The notes: generated by a model from the sequence alone, not told the origin. DNA of 64,000 nt from Alphaproteobacteria bacterium (GCA_965225945.1 CBDDBZ010000037.1:1-64000); one strand, 5' to 3'. Positions 11,238 to 21,532 are shown, numbered from the stretch's first letter. Translations and numbers: made by a program.

Positions 11238-12460
11238 CACAGTACACGACTCGTTCATGCTGGCTTTGGCCTGGGCACCTGGACTGGTGGTTTTCCGGGG
11301 ACGAGGAAACGAATCAGCTCAATGGCTTGACGCCTGTCGATAGGATTGACGAGCTGTCGCCTTATCCACTCGAAACCGTATCGGAAGATGGATTTTGCCA
11401 TCCTTTTGTGGGTTTTGAGGCGGATCGGCTCGGCCTCGTGGAGCCAATCGCCGACTTTGTGCGCCCAGCAGAAGGTGATGGAAAGGACGGCGGTGAGCTT
11501 GGAGATGCGCTCCGGGTCGGTCATGTGGGTGTCTTCGAGGTTGAAGCCACGGGTTTTCAAGGCGGCGAAGAGGGTCTCGATTTGCCAGCGCTGGGCGTAG
11601 ATGGCCAAGGCCTCCTCGGGCGCGTCGTTGGTCACGACGATCAACAGTTCGCCGGTCTTGAGATGGAGCGCGGCGACGAAGACGGGCCTGGCCTTGGGTT
11701 TTCTGGCCTCCGAGAGGCGCCTGGCGTTGGAGAGGATGCGGCTTTCCCCGGGTTTGAGGTCGCGAAACAGCTCCCTCGCCTTGACCATGCGACCACGCGT
11801 GTTGGCGATCTTGATGTTGGATCGGATGCGGATGTGAAAGGGGATGGCCTTTTCCTGCAACCATGCCAGCCAGGCGTCGCCGATGAATTCCCGGTCGGCC
11901 AGGAGGCTGGCGATCTTGTCGACCCCGAAGAGCCGGAGGACGTGTTCGAGGATCGCGATCCGCTCCTTGGTATTGGAATTGCCCGCCTTGTCGAGCACCC
12001 GCCAGCACACGGGAATGGCGATGGCGCGGTTGACGATGCCGATCATCAAGATGTTGACGTCGCGGCGACCCAGCCGCCAGTTGGTCCGGTCCATGGTCAG
12101 CCGCCACGGCCCCGCCTGGAGCCCCATCATCGCGACCAGGAACTCGGCGAGGCGATCGTAATCGAAATCGACTTGCTCGAAAAACCGTTGCAGGCGCCGA
12201 TAGTTGGAGCTGGATCGCGCGCGCCCCGGAAAGTGGCAGGCCAAGTGAGAGAGGTTCACCGTCCGGGCGACGAACACGCCGAAGACCAAGACGCAAAGGC
12301 TCTCCAGACGGCTCTTGCGAAAGGCGAAGCCGCATCGTAGCGTCTCACGCAGGGCGTTGATCGGGTTGTCTCGCATGATTTCCCTCTTGACTCGTCGTGG
12401 AGTGAATCGGGAATCCTACAACCTTTTCAACGTCCTACGTAAATGCCGTCGTGTACCATG
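11238..12460 (-). mobile_element. IS4 family element (IS10-like group)
   Basis: IRs CACAGTACACGAC and rc CATGGTACACGAC; 9-bp TSD GGAACTGCC (11229-11237, 12461-12469). Confidence 0.9.
11255..12376 (-). CDS. IS4 family DDE transposase
   Basis: MDRTNW, LLADREF, YAQRWQIETLFAALK (YREK). Confidence 0.95.
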   Translation of the reverse strand: MRDNPINALRETLRCGFAFRKSRLESLCVLVFGVFVARTVNLSHLACHFPGRARSSSNYRRLQRFFEQVDFDYDRLAEFLVAMMGLQAGPWRLTMDRTNWRLGRRDVNILMIGIVNRAIAIPVCWRVLDKAGNSNTKERIAILEHVLRLFGVDKIASLLADREFIGDAWLAWLQEKAIPFHIRIRSNIKIANTRGRMVKARELFRDLKPGESRILSNARRLSEARKPKARPVFVAALHLKTGELLIVVTNDAPEEALAIYAQRWQIETLFAALKTRGFNLEDTHMTDPERISKLTAVLSITFCWAHKVGDWLHEAEPIRLKTHKRMAKSIFRYGFEWIRRQLVNPIDRRQAIELIRFLVPGKPPVQVPRPKPA

Positions 12461-13384
12461 GGAACTGCCACAACCTGCGGGGGGAAATGAGCGCTGCACG
12501 CGATTTGGCCAGGGAGCTATCGAATCTCGCGGAAGATTCCCGGGAACCAGATCGACTGCTCATGGCGCAACGTGTGTTGGCTTTGACATACTTGGGACTT
12601 GGCGAATACGGAAAGAGCCTCGATGCTTGCGATCGCGGTATCGAGCTCTACGATCCTGATCGCCAAACAACGTACCTCCGTCTATATGGCGAGGATCCGG
12701 GTTTATTTTGTTACGTGTACTGTGTCTGGACAAACTATTGGCTGGGTTACCCCGATGTCGCGTCGGCGCGAGCGGGCCAAGCGTTAAAACTTGCCAAGCG
12801 GTTGCCGAGTCGCTATGCGCTCTCCTACGTCCTTGTTCTAATCGCCGATTTCTTTCTATGGCAGCGGCGTCTCGATGAGGCGTTGGAATGCGCTTACGCA
12901 GCGCATGAGGTCGCCGAGGAACAGTCCATTGTCCAATGGCAAGCGTGGGCCGAGATAGTCATTGGCAATGCGCTCACTGCAAAGGGCCAATTGCAAGAGG
13001 GCCTAAGCCGGATACTAAAGGGACGAGAGGCTATTCGGATGATCCGAGGGCGGTTTGGACTGATACTCCTGGCGCCGACAATCGCGGATGCTTATCGCGA
13101 CCACGGAAAATACGCGGAAGGTCTCGGAGTACTCGAAGAAGCCGAGTCGACCTTGCGCGAAACCAGCATGTTGCAGCGCGTCAGTGAGATCTATCGGTTG
13201 CGGGGGAACCTACTGGGGGCATCAGGCGCAGCAGTTGATCAATCCGAGGCCGCATATCGAGAAGCGCTCGACTTCGCACGTACGCAAGAGGCCAAGACGC
13301 TAGAGCTACGCGCCGCGGCCGACCTGGCTAGGCTATGGCAAACCCAAGGTAGAAACCCAGAGGCCCACGATCTCCTTGCTCCCC

Positions 13385-13465
13385 TTTACGATTGGTTCAC
13401 CGAAGGCTTCGACACGCCCGACCTGAGGGACGCGAAGGCGTTACTCGACGAACTGAATTAGCAAG
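13385..13465 (+). repeat. 81-bp copy matching 1174-1254
   Basis: 78/81 identical. Confidence 0.9.
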
Positions 13466-13593
13466 CCCTTATGTCGACGGTTGGCGAGGACTCACCCAAT
13501 CGGTCGCCATGCGCCGGCAGATTCCAGCCGGGCGAAACGGGCTGACCGCCCCCCTTGCGGAAGCCGCTTTCGGGGAATTTCGGGTCGGACTTC

Positions 13594-14058
13594 TCAGAGC
13601 GCGGCTTCGATCTCCGGCCAGTTGGCGTCGGCCTTGGCGATGTTGCCGGCGACGTCGGATTCCCACTGGCGTTGCACGCCCTTGGAGTAGTTGAGGTAGA
13701 GCTTGTCGTCGACGACGCGCCAGGCGGCGGGATCGATCTTCGCCGTGTAACCCTGGCTCACCGCCCAGGCGCAGTAGCCGCCGTATTGCGGGGCATATTT
13801 CTCGGGCGCCTCGGTGAAGAGATCGCGGTTCGGTGCGTCGGCGAAGCGCCAGGTGGCGCCCTTCCATTCGACCTCGTGCGCGGATTTTCCTTCCACCGGC
13901 TTAGCTTGGGTGAAATAGGCGATCGCGTCGTAGCCCTCGATCGCGAGGCCACCGAAGAAGCTCTTGTTGATCTCGGCCCCGGCCTCGGCCGCGCCGCCGC
14001 CGGCCAGCATCGCGGCGAAGACCATCCCCAAAAGGATCAAGATTCCGGGTTTCCGCAT
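13594..14058 (-). CDS. Secreted YHS-domain-containing protein
   Basis: Signal peptide; AIEGYDAIAYF, PQYGGYCAW, KLYLNY. Confidence 0.9.
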   Translation of the reverse strand: MRKPGILILLGMVFAAMLAGGGAAEAGAEINKSFFGGLAIEGYDAIAYFTQAKPVEGKSAHEVEWKGATWRFADAPNRDLFTEAPEKYAPQYGGYCAWAVSQGYTAKIDPAAWRVVDDKLYLNYSKGVQRQWESDVAGNIAKADANWPEIEAAL

Positions 14059-14755
14059 CGTTTCCGTCCTCCCCGTCGGGAAATCCCTATCGAGCTTGGA
14101 TATGGGGCGTAACTGCGCGCCGTCCAGTCCCGGGACGGCGCCGGAGCCTGACGATCGCGTGAGCCGTGCCTGGGAGCCGTCAAATCTCCCCGGGCATGGC
14201 GGCGGCGGGGATCACGGCGCCGCGGTGGCCGATCACGCTCGCCGCCAGCCGGTGGCCCGCCCGCGCGGAGGCCTCGGGATCGCCGCCCGCCAGGCGCCGG
14301 GCCAGGTAGGCGGCATTGAAGGCATCGCCGGCCGCCGTGGTGTCGACAACCCGCGCCACCCGCTCCGCCGGAACTTCGAAGCCGCCTTCCGGCGCCTCGA
14401 TTCGACAAGGTCCGGGGCCGTTCTTGACCACGATCTCGGCCGGACCCTGGCCGGTGATCCGCCGGATGACGGCTTCCGCCGTCGCGTCGCCAAAGAGCGC
14501 CCGCTCGTCGTCGAGCGAGGGGAGCGCGATGTCGACCAGGGGATGGATCTCGGCCATCGCGCGGCGCGCCGCCTCGGGCTCGGGCCAGCCGCGCGGGCGA
14601 TAGTTGCTGTCGAAGGCGATACGGGTGCCGCCCGCGCGGGCAACCCGAAGCGTGTCGGTGGCGATGAAAAACCGCGCTTAGATGGTGATTTCAGCGACAT
14701 CGGGCATCGTGGCGCTGTAGCTGCGTGGTTTGCAGGCGGGAGTTGGCTCGGCGCA

Positions 14756-14823
14756 GCGGTGGGTAAGTAGCCCGCCGCAGCGACCGCCAAGAGTCTGGCG
14801 GCGGCGGGCTGCTTATCCACCGC
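14756..14823. other. 23-bp stem hairpin with DnaA-box-like TTATCCAC
   Basis: Arms 14756-14778 and 14801-14823 pair fully with two G-T wobbles. Confidence 0.7.
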
Positions 14824-15053
14824 GGGCGGGCGTCTCGATTCCTGTTTTGGCTGGCTGGCGGCGGCGGTTCCGCGGACCTGACAAGGGGAGCCGCGGGAGT
14901 ACACTCGGGCCGCTGAGAACGATGCGGCGCCGGCCCCGTTTGCTTGCTGGCAACGACCGGCACCGCACCCCCCGAGCCATGCAAGGCACGACCCATATGC
15001 GCAGTATCGTGCGGGTTTGGGCGTGGGTCCACCCCGTTCTCATCGGCTGCGCG

Positions 15054-15494
15054 ATGAAGAACACCGCCCGCCTGTTCAACTGCGCCTCGTGCCATCAACA
15101 GGTGGTTCTCTGCCGGCACTGCGACCACGGCAACATCTACTGTTCACGGAGCTGCAGCGATCGGGTGCGCCGGCGATCGCAGCGCCATGCCGGGCAGCGC
15201 TACCAGAACAGCCGGCGGGGCCGTCACAAGCATGCTGAGCGCCAGCGGCGCTATCGCGAACGCCGGCGGCGCCGGACGCCGGTGAATCGGCGCCGCGGGC
15301 AGGAAGTGACGCATCACCCTTTGACCGCCGCGCGGCGGCGTCCTGTTGTGGTGCGGACGCCGGCAGGGCGTCCCGGAACACGGCCCTTCGGGCACGAGCG
15401 GCCCGCCAGGGTCTTCCGCTGCGATCGCTGCGGCCGGTTCTGCGGGCAGGCGGTCTATCCGGGGCTGCGCCCGACGGGAAAGGGGGTGAGATGA
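15054..15494 (+). CDS. Cys-rich, Arg-rich putative Zn-finger protein inside the IS21-like element
   Basis: CASC, CRHC, CSRSC, CDRC motifs; basic helix; stop overlaps the istA start (ATGA). Confidence 0.75.
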   Translation: MKNTARLFNCASCHQQVVLCRHCDHGNIYCSRSCSDRVRRRSQRHAGQRYQNSRRGRHKHAERQRRYRERRRRRTPVNRRRGQEVTHHPLTAARRRPVVVRTPAGRPGTRPFGHERPARVFRCDRCGRFCGQAVYPGLRPTGKGVR

Positions 15495-16996
15495 CCATCG
15501 ACAAGGAGACCCGCGCGGAGATCCTGCGCCTGTATCACGTCGAGAAGTGGACGGTCGGCACGATCACACGCCAGCTCGGCGTGCATCGCTACACCGTCGA
15601 GCGCCTCCTCACCGCGGCCGGCGAGCCCCGGGACGCGAGGTCGCCCAGGCCGTCGATGATCGATCCATACGTGCCGTTCATCGCCGAGACGCTGGCATCC
15701 TGGCCGACGCTGCCCGCCAGCCGGCTCTACCAGATGGTGCGCGAACGCGGCTATCCGGGCGGCGGCGACCACTTCCGTCATCTGCTCAGCCACTTCAGGC
15801 CCAGGCCCGTGGCCGAGGCCTATCTGCGCCTCAAGACCCTTCCCGGCGAGCAGGCCCAGGTCGACTGGGGACACTTCGGCAAGGTGACGATCGGCCGCGC
15901 GGAGCGCCGCCTGATGGGCTTCGTGATGGTTCTCAGCTACTCGCGGCGGATCTTCCTGCGCTTCTACCTCGACGCCGGGATGAGCAACTTCCTGCGCGGC
16001 CATGTCGAAGCCTTCGAGGCGTGGCAGGGCGTGCCCCGCGAGCTCTGGTACGACAACCTGAAGAGCGTCGTGCTGGAGCGCCGCGGCGCCGCCATCCGGT
16101 TCAATCCCCGGATCCTCGACCTCGCCGGCCACTACCACTTCCTGCCCAAGCCCGTCGCGGTCGCGCGCGGCAACGAGAAGGGGCGCGTGGAGCGGGCGAT
16201 TCGCTATGTCCGGACCAGCTTCTTCGCCGCCCGCCGGTGGCGCGATATCGACGATCTCAACGCCCAGGCCCTGGCCTGGTGCCACGGCATCGCCGCCGAC
16301 CGCCCCTGGCCCGAAGACCGCTCGATCACCGTGCGCGAGGCCTTCGAGCGGGAACGCGGCTCTCTCATCGCGCTGCCCGGCGATCCCTTCCCCGACCACG
16401 ACCGGGTCGAGGTCGCCATCGGCAAGACCCCCTACGCCCGCTTCGATCTCAACGATTACAGCGTGCCGCACACCCATGTGCGGCGCACCCTCGTCGTGGT
16501 CGCGACGCTCGACGAGGTGCGCATCCTCGACGGTGTGGACGTCATCGCCAGCCATCCGCGCAGCTTCGACAAGGCGGCCCGCATCGAGAACCCCGAGCAC
16601 ATCGCCGAGCTGGTCAGGCGCAAGAGCCATGCCCGCCGCCTTCGCGGCCAGGACCGGCTGGTCCAGGCCGCGCCCAACAGCGAGCGCCTGCTCGCCGAGG
16701 CCGCCCAGCGCGGCGGCTATATAGGCGCCACCGTCGCCGCCCTGTTGCGCCTCCTCGACGCCTACGGCGCCGCCGAGCTCGAGGCGGCCATCGACGAGGC
16801 CCTGAAGCGGGACGTTCCCCATCCCAACGCCGTGCGCCTGAGCCTGACCCGGCGGCGCGAGCTGCGGCACCAACCCCCGCCCATCCCCGTCGAACTGCCC
16901 GGCGATCCGAGAGTGCGCGACATCACTGTCCGCGATCACGACCTCGTCGGATACGACGGGCTGGCCGGCGAACCCGAGGAGGACAGCGAGCAATGA
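15491..16996 (+). CDS. istA: IS21 family transposase IstA
   Basis: N-terminal [29 protein letters not shown]. Confidence 0.95.
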   Translation: MTIDKETRAEILRLYHVEKWTVGTITRQLGVHRYTVERLLTAAGEPRDARSPRPSMIDPYVPFIAETLASWPTLPASRLYQMVRERGYPGGGDHFRHLLSHFRPRPVAEAYLRLKTLPGEQAQVDWGHFGKVTIGRAERRLMGFVMVLSYSRRIFLRFYLDAGMSNFLRGHVEAFEAWQGVPRELWYDNLKSVVLERRGAAIRFNPRILDLAGHYHFLPKPVAVARGNEKGRVERAIRYVRTSFFAARRWRDIDDLNAQALAWCHGIAADRPWPEDRSITVREAFERERGSLIALPGDPFPDHDRVEVAIGKTPYARFDLNDYSVPHTHVRRTLVVVATLDEVRILDGVDVIASHPRSFDKAARIENPEHIAELVRRKSHARRLRGQDRLVQAAPNSERLLAEAAQRGGYIGATVAALLRLLDAYGAAELEAAIDEALKRDVPHPNAVRLSLTRRRELRHQPPPIPVELPGDPRVRDITVRDHDLVGYDGLAGEPEEDSEQ

Positions 16997-17785
16997 ACGA
17001 TACCCTCATGGGCCGTGCCCGGGCGCTCGGCCTGCACGGCCTCGCCGCCCACTGGGGCGAGGTCGCCGGGCATGACTGGCCCGCTGCGCTGGTCGCCTGG
17101 GAAGAGGAGGAACGGCGAAGCCGCAGCCTCAAGCGCCGCCTCGCCGACGCCCGCCTCGGACAGTTCAAGCCGCTCGCCGACTTCGACTGGGCATGGCCGC
17201 GCCGCTGCGACCGCATGGCCGTCGAGGATCTCATGAGCCTCGAGTTCCTCAACGAGGCCGCCAACGTCGTCCTGGTCGGCCCAAACGGCGTCGGCAAGTC
17301 GACCATCGCCGCCAATATCGCCCACCGCGCCGTCCTCGAGGGCCACACCGTGCGCTTCGCCACCGCGGCCAGCATGCTCGGCGAGCTCGCCGCCCTCGAC
17401 AGCGACAGCCAGGCTGCTTCAGCGCAGGCTGCGCTTCTACGCCCGCCAGCACCTGCTGGTGATCGACGAGGTCGGATACCTGTCCTACAGCAACCGCCAT
17501 GCCGATCTGCTGTTCAACATCGTCTCCAGCCGCAGCCAGCAGAACTCCACCATAATCACCACCAACCGGCCCTTCGCCGAGTGGGGTGAGGCCTTCCCCA
17601 ACGCCGCCTGCCTCGTCGCCCTGGTCGACCGCCTCGTCCACAACGCCGAGATCATCGCCATCGACGCCGAGTCCTGGCGCCGCAAGGAGGCCGAGGAACG
17701 CCAGAAGCAGCGCAGCGCCGAGCGCCGCCGGCGGCGAGCCGGCAAGGCCGGCGCGCAGGACCGCGGGGAACCGCCGCCGGCGTAG
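16993..17785 (+). pseudogene. istB: IS21 helper ATPase IstB, frameshifted near 17410
   Basis: GPNGVGKS before the shift; LLVIDEVGY, ITTNRPF, DRLVH after; one extra base. Confidence 0.9.
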
Positions 17786-17787
17786 CC

Positions 17788-18678
17788 ATGGATGGTCCCC
17801 GCCTCTGGGACCGGCGGGTGCGGGCCGAGGCCCTGCGAGGCTATCCCCTCGAAGACGTCGTCCGCCGCCTCGGCTACCGCCGCGATCCCACCGATGCCGC
17901 GCGCTGGAGGCGTCCCGGATCCGTCGTCAGCATCAACGGCTTTATGTTCTACGAACATCTGCGCGGCGAGGGCGGAGCGATCGACCTGGTAATCCATGCC
18001 TGCCGGTGCACCGTGCCCGAGGCCCTCGGCTTCTTCTCGGAACTGCCGTGCCGTGACCGGTTCCCGGCCGATCGCCACCCGAAGCCGCCGTGCCCGGACC
18101 GCCACTGGCCCGCCATCCAGAGCTACCTCGTCGAGCAGCGCGGCCTCGCGGATGTGCTCGTCGCCCTGTGCCGCGACCTCGGCTTGCTCTACGCCGACCG
18201 CCACGGCAACGCCGTGTTCGTCCGCCGAAACGCGGCCGGCGAGGCTCTCGGCGCCGAGATCGTCCCTGCCGCGGCGCCACGCCGCCTCGCGCCGACCGGC
18301 GCCGCCGCGCGCGGCGGCTTCTGGATGTCGTGGGAACCCGACTGGCCGAACTCCGTCATCCTCGCCAAGAACGCAATCGACGCCCTGTCGGTCCTCTCCC
18401 TCCACCTCGTCCCGGCCGGGCGCAAGGGATGCGCCGTGGTCTCAACCGGCGGCGCCACCGCAAGCCTCCCCGAATGGATCGAGGCCTGGAACCCCGGCCG
18501 GATCTTCTGCGCCTACGACGCTACCCGCCAGGGCGATGACGCCGCGGCACGGCTCATCCGAAACGACAGCAGGGTCGTCCGCCTGCGCCCTGCCCTCGAC
18601 GGCCTGGACTGGAACGACATGCTCATGCGCGACCGCGCCGGCGAACCGCTCCAGATCGATGACCGGCCCCTCGACTGA
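17788..18678 (+). CDS. Primase-like DUF3991/Toprim-domain protein inside the IS21-like element
   Basis: GGAIDLV, YLVEQRGL, NAVF, AIDALS, STGG, CAYD, DWND. The catalytic E and second D appear substituted (AKNAIDALS, YDAT). Confidence 0.75.
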   Translation: MDGPRLWDRRVRAEALRGYPLEDVVRRLGYRRDPTDAARWRRPGSVVSINGFMFYEHLRGEGGAIDLVIHACRCTVPEALGFFSELPCRDRFPADRHPKPPCPDRHWPAIQSYLVEQRGLADVLVALCRDLGLLYADRHGNAVFVRRNAAGEALGAEIVPAAAPRRLAPTGAAARGGFWMSWEPDWPNSVILAKNAIDALSVLSLHLVPAGRKGCAVVSTGGATASLPEWIEAWNPGRIFCAYDATRQGDDAAARLIRNDSRVVRLRPALDGLDWNDMLMRDRAGEPLQIDDRPLD

Positions 18679-19243
18679 ATAGCCACAGCGCGAAACAAAA
18701 TCAGCCAAGCCCAAAAGCATCCCGTCAGCCAACCGCCACCGACCGCTCAAAAAGAGCACCATATAAGCGCACCCTGGAACCACCGCTAACAAAGCGCCGC
18801 CAACAGGCGGGCCCGGCTGCCCGCGTCGAGGATCGAGAGGCTGATCAGGGTCAGATAGACGACGTCGTGGCGGGCCAGCGCCGCCAGGCGGGCCTCCGCA
18901 TCGCCCTCGGCGTCGGTCTTGACCGTGTGGAAGCCCGGAAGGCGGCCGGGAAGGCGCTCGACCAGCTCGGTGCCCACGCCCTCGGCCCGCCAGGCGGCCA
19001 CCATGTCGGCGCTGTAGGGATCGTCGCCGAGCGCGGTGACGTAGTTCACCCGCTGGCCGAGGCGGGCGAGATAGACGCTGGTGTTGAGGCTGTCGCCGCC
19101 GAAGCCGAGCGCCAAGCGGCCCGCGCCGCCGTCGACCAGCTCGATCATGCACTCGCCGATCGCGGCGAAGAGGGGCGCGCCATCCATGGCCCCTGAGAGT
19201 GCCCGCCGGCGGCGGCGGAGACAAGGCGGCGCTGGACGCGCTA

Positions 19244-19416
19244 CAGGGCAATCGCGTGAAGTGATGGACACGGCCTTGACACCGCGTCGACCGCCGCGAA
19301 TGGGCCATTGAGGCCCCGCGAGCCCATGCGAGCGAAGCCAAGCGCCCGGATGGGCGCGCCCGGCGTCTGAGGGAACAAGAAGAATCCAGGGCAATCGCGT
19401 TCACGCGATTGCCCTG
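19244..19416. mobile_element. MITE-like element with three copies of its terminal motif
   Basis: 17-bp IR CAGGGCAATCGCGTGAA (19244-19260 / 19400-19416); an internal copy forms a 15-bp hairpin at 19386-19417. Confidence 0.6.
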
Positions 19417-19478
19417 GGACGCGCCAAGGATGGCGAGGCGCCCGATCGATCAGCGCAATGGCCGTCGGCCGAGACCGG

Positions 19479-20315
19479 CTACTCGAGGCGGAACCTGCGC
19501 CCCCTCAGATAGGCGGCGAGGTCGTCGCGGTCCCGGTGCATGACCTGGCGGGCCTTGTCCTCGGACCAGCCATAGAATGGCGCCGTGCCGAGGCTGTCGA
19601 GATCGCGTTGCTTTTCCGCCGGAATGCTATAGCGCGCGTCGCGGCGGCGGTCGTAAGCGTCGATCTCGGCCTCGAGGCCTGAATCGTCGTAGCGATCGAC
19701 ATGCACGGTGACGGCGGGGGGCAGTCGGAGGCTGACGTAGGCCCGTTGCGCGGGATGGCCGATGCAGAGCCCGGCCAACGGAAACACCCAGTCCGGCAGG
19801 GCCAGGATTTCGCCCACCCGCTCGATGTGGTTGCGCACCACGCTGATCGGGCAGCAGCCCAGCCCCAGCGCTTCGGCCGCTCGGATCGCGTTTTGCAACG
19901 CCATCGCGGTATCCGAGGCGGCGTTGAGGAAGGCGTCGAGATGGTCGTTGGCGAAGCGATGGCCGCGCAGCTCCGAAATGCGCCGGATGCGTCTGCTGTC
20001 GCCGCAGAAGACCATGAAGACGGACGCGGTGCCGATCCAGGGCATCGAGGGGATCAACGCCGCCAGCCGTTCGCGCTGCGCGGGCTCGCGAAGCAGCACC
20101 ACGGAGGCCTGCTGCAGATCCGATTTCGACGGCGCCGAGAAGGCGCAGGCGAGGATCAGCTCGACCGTCTCGTCGTCGACGCCCTCGTCGGTGAAGCGGC
20201 GATGGGTGCGATGGCCGAGGCTGCCGGCCAATTCGCCCTCCGCCGGCAGCCCGCCGCCGGTCGCCGTCCCCAGCCCGAAGCGCTGCTCGATCATCTCCGC
20301 CAAGGTCTTCGCCAT
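19479..20315 (-). CDS. Nitroreductase family (NfsA-like) oxidoreductase
   Basis: HRTHRRF, APSKSDLQ, AEALGLGCCPIS, GLCIGHP, LRLP. Confidence 0.9.
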   Translation of the reverse strand: MAKTLAEMIEQRFGLGTATGGGLPAEGELAGSLGHRTHRRFTDEGVDDETVELILACAFSAPSKSDLQQASVVLLREPAQRERLAALIPSMPWIGTASVFMVFCGDSRRIRRISELRGHRFANDHLDAFLNAASDTAMALQNAIRAAEALGLGCCPISVVRNHIERVGEILALPDWVFPLAGLCIGHPAQRAYVSLRLPPAVTVHVDRYDDSGLEAEIDAYDRRRDARYSIPAEKQRDLDSLGTAPFYGWSEDKARQVMHRDRDDLAAYLRGRRFRLE

Positions 20316-20430
20316 CTCGTCCTCCGCTCCGGGCCACCCGCCGCGCCTCGCGTTTCCGCCGATCGTCGCTTCCTCGATCTAGGACTTTCGTTCCCCACGA
20401 TCAACCCGACTTCGGATTATGTTAATCTAA

Positions 20431-21532
20431 CGTCCCTATCCGGTTAAGGCAGGCAGCGCTCCCTGCGATTGTATACCGTCGACCAGTTCCCTTTAGGTGA
20501 TGGTCGGTCGGGTCATGGCGCGGTGCAACACGAAATCGGCAAGGTCGAAGATGCGTTTGCGCCGGTTGAAGCGGTAGTTCCATTCCCGGACGTAGCGCGG
20601 CAAATGCTTGGCGCTCACCCCGTGGTAGGTTCCGTTGAGCCACGTCTTCACGTTGGAAAACAGGACATGGACGACCGGCATGAGCTGCTCGGCGTTCTTG
20701 CCTTGGCCTTGAACGACGGGCTGGTGGCGATAAGTATCGCCAAGCTTGGCGTAACTCTTGAAAGCGTCGCTGTCGAGGCGGCTTCCCGGCTTCACCGAGG
20801 CGCGCACGAAGTCGCCCAACTCACGGGCGGTGGCCTCGGGCAGGATGGCGAGCCGCGCGGCGCCGGCGGCGAAGCCGCTCCCCTTGATGCCCTTGCCCGA
20901 CCCGACCGGCCACTTCTCGACCGCCATCACCAACAGGCTCTTGTTCGGGTTGGAAAGCCCGCGCCCCCGGCTCTCCGGCTTGCCCCGCCCGCCGTAATAG
21001 CTCTCGTCGACCTCGACCAAGCCCTCCAGCGGGAACTCCGGGCGCTCCGTCAGGGCATGGCGCAGCTTGTGGGCCATCAGCCAGGCGGTGTCGTAGCGCA
21101 GGCTCAACTCTCGCGACAGAAGCAGGCTCAACTCTCGCGACAGAAACAGCGCCGAGACCCCGCGCTTGTCGCGCCCCATCCACCACGCCGCCAGGAACCA
21201 TTTGCGCAACGGTGTGCGGGTGCGGTGGAAGACCGTGCCCGCGGTCACCGATTCCTGATGGCCGCAACCGGCGCATTCGAAGACCCGCGGCCGCGTCTTC
21301 AATTGGTAGTTCCGCCTCTCGCCGCAACGCGCGCAGACGTAGCCTTGCGGCCAGCGCAGCCGAGCCAGCGCCTCGATGCAGTCCGCCTCCGATCCATGGC
21401 GTTCGAGGAACTCCAATATCCCGCTCATCGAATAGTCCTCCAAAAGCTCCAGCCGATGCGATCAGCCTACACCTCTATGGAGAACATATCAAGAACATTC
21501 GGAGCCCATCCTGCTTTAACCAGATAGGGACG
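20431..21532 (-). mobile_element. IS1595 family element
   Basis: 23-bp IRs CGTCCCTATC(C/T)GGTTAA(G/A)GCAGG; 8-bp TSD TAATCTAA (20423-20430, 21533-21540). Confidence 0.95.
20493..21428 (-). CDS. IS1595 family transposase
   Basis: CARC/CAGC Zn ribbon, VEVDESY, SDAFKSY, YHGVS.KHL.RY..E..YRFNRR; in-frame 24-bp tandem duplication at 21098-21145. Confidence 0.95.
   Translation of the reverse strand: MSGILEFLERHGSEADCIEALARLRWPQGYVCARCGERRNYQLKTRPRVFECAGCGHQESVTAGTVFHRTRTPLRKWFLAAWWMGRDKRGVSALFLSRELSLLLSRELSLRYDTAWLMAHKLRHALTERPEFPLEGLVEVDESYYGGRGKPESRGRGLSNPNKSLLVMAVEKWPVGSGKGIKGSGFAAGAARLAILPEATARELGDFVRASVKPGSRLDSDAFKSYAKLGDTYRHQPVVQGQGKNAEQLMPVVHVLFSNVKTWLNGTYHGVSAKHLPRYVREWNYRFNRRKRIFDLADFVLHRAMTRPTIT

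Larger units (their letters stand above)
8876..13461 (+). pseudogene. SARP/BTAD-STAND ATPase-TPR regulator interrupted by IS4
   Basis: LRLLGGF, RTRKAKALLAYLA, BTAD, Walker A GEPGIGKS, VEDAQWID. Removing 11238-12469 restores ...GLWNCHNLRGEM... in frame. Confidence 0.9.
14653..18791 (+). mobile_element. IS21-like element, 4139 bp, four genes
   Basis: TGT...ACA termini; 5-bp TSD AAGCG (14648-14652, 18792-18796); subterminal GCGCTTA(G/T)ATGGTG at positions 22-35 of both ends. Confidence 0.9.
14180..19187 (-). pseudogene. kdgK: PfkB family sugar kinase (KdgK-like) split by the IS21-like element
   Basis: N-part IGECMIEL..GGDSLN..ALGDD (18792-19187); C-part IAFDSNYRP..VVDTTAAGDAFNA (14180-14652). 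Rejoined junction reads LAALRVARAG. N-part also appears to have an internal deletion. Confidence 0.85.

Noticed and set aside
8774-12340. 1188-aa ORF as a real full-length protein
   Set aside because: The part after 11237 is read-through into the antisense strand of the IS4 element.
8080-14058. Selenoprotein forms of the YHS genes
   Set aside because: Both encode Cys in YGGYC, with no in-frame TGA.
17400-17440. Programmed frameshift in istB
   Set aside because: No slippery heptamer visible; a 1-bp insertion or sequencing error is simpler.
15547-17589. 680-aa ORF overlapping istA
   Set aside because: Low-complexity alternative frame; only its end from 16993 is the IstB N-terminal part.
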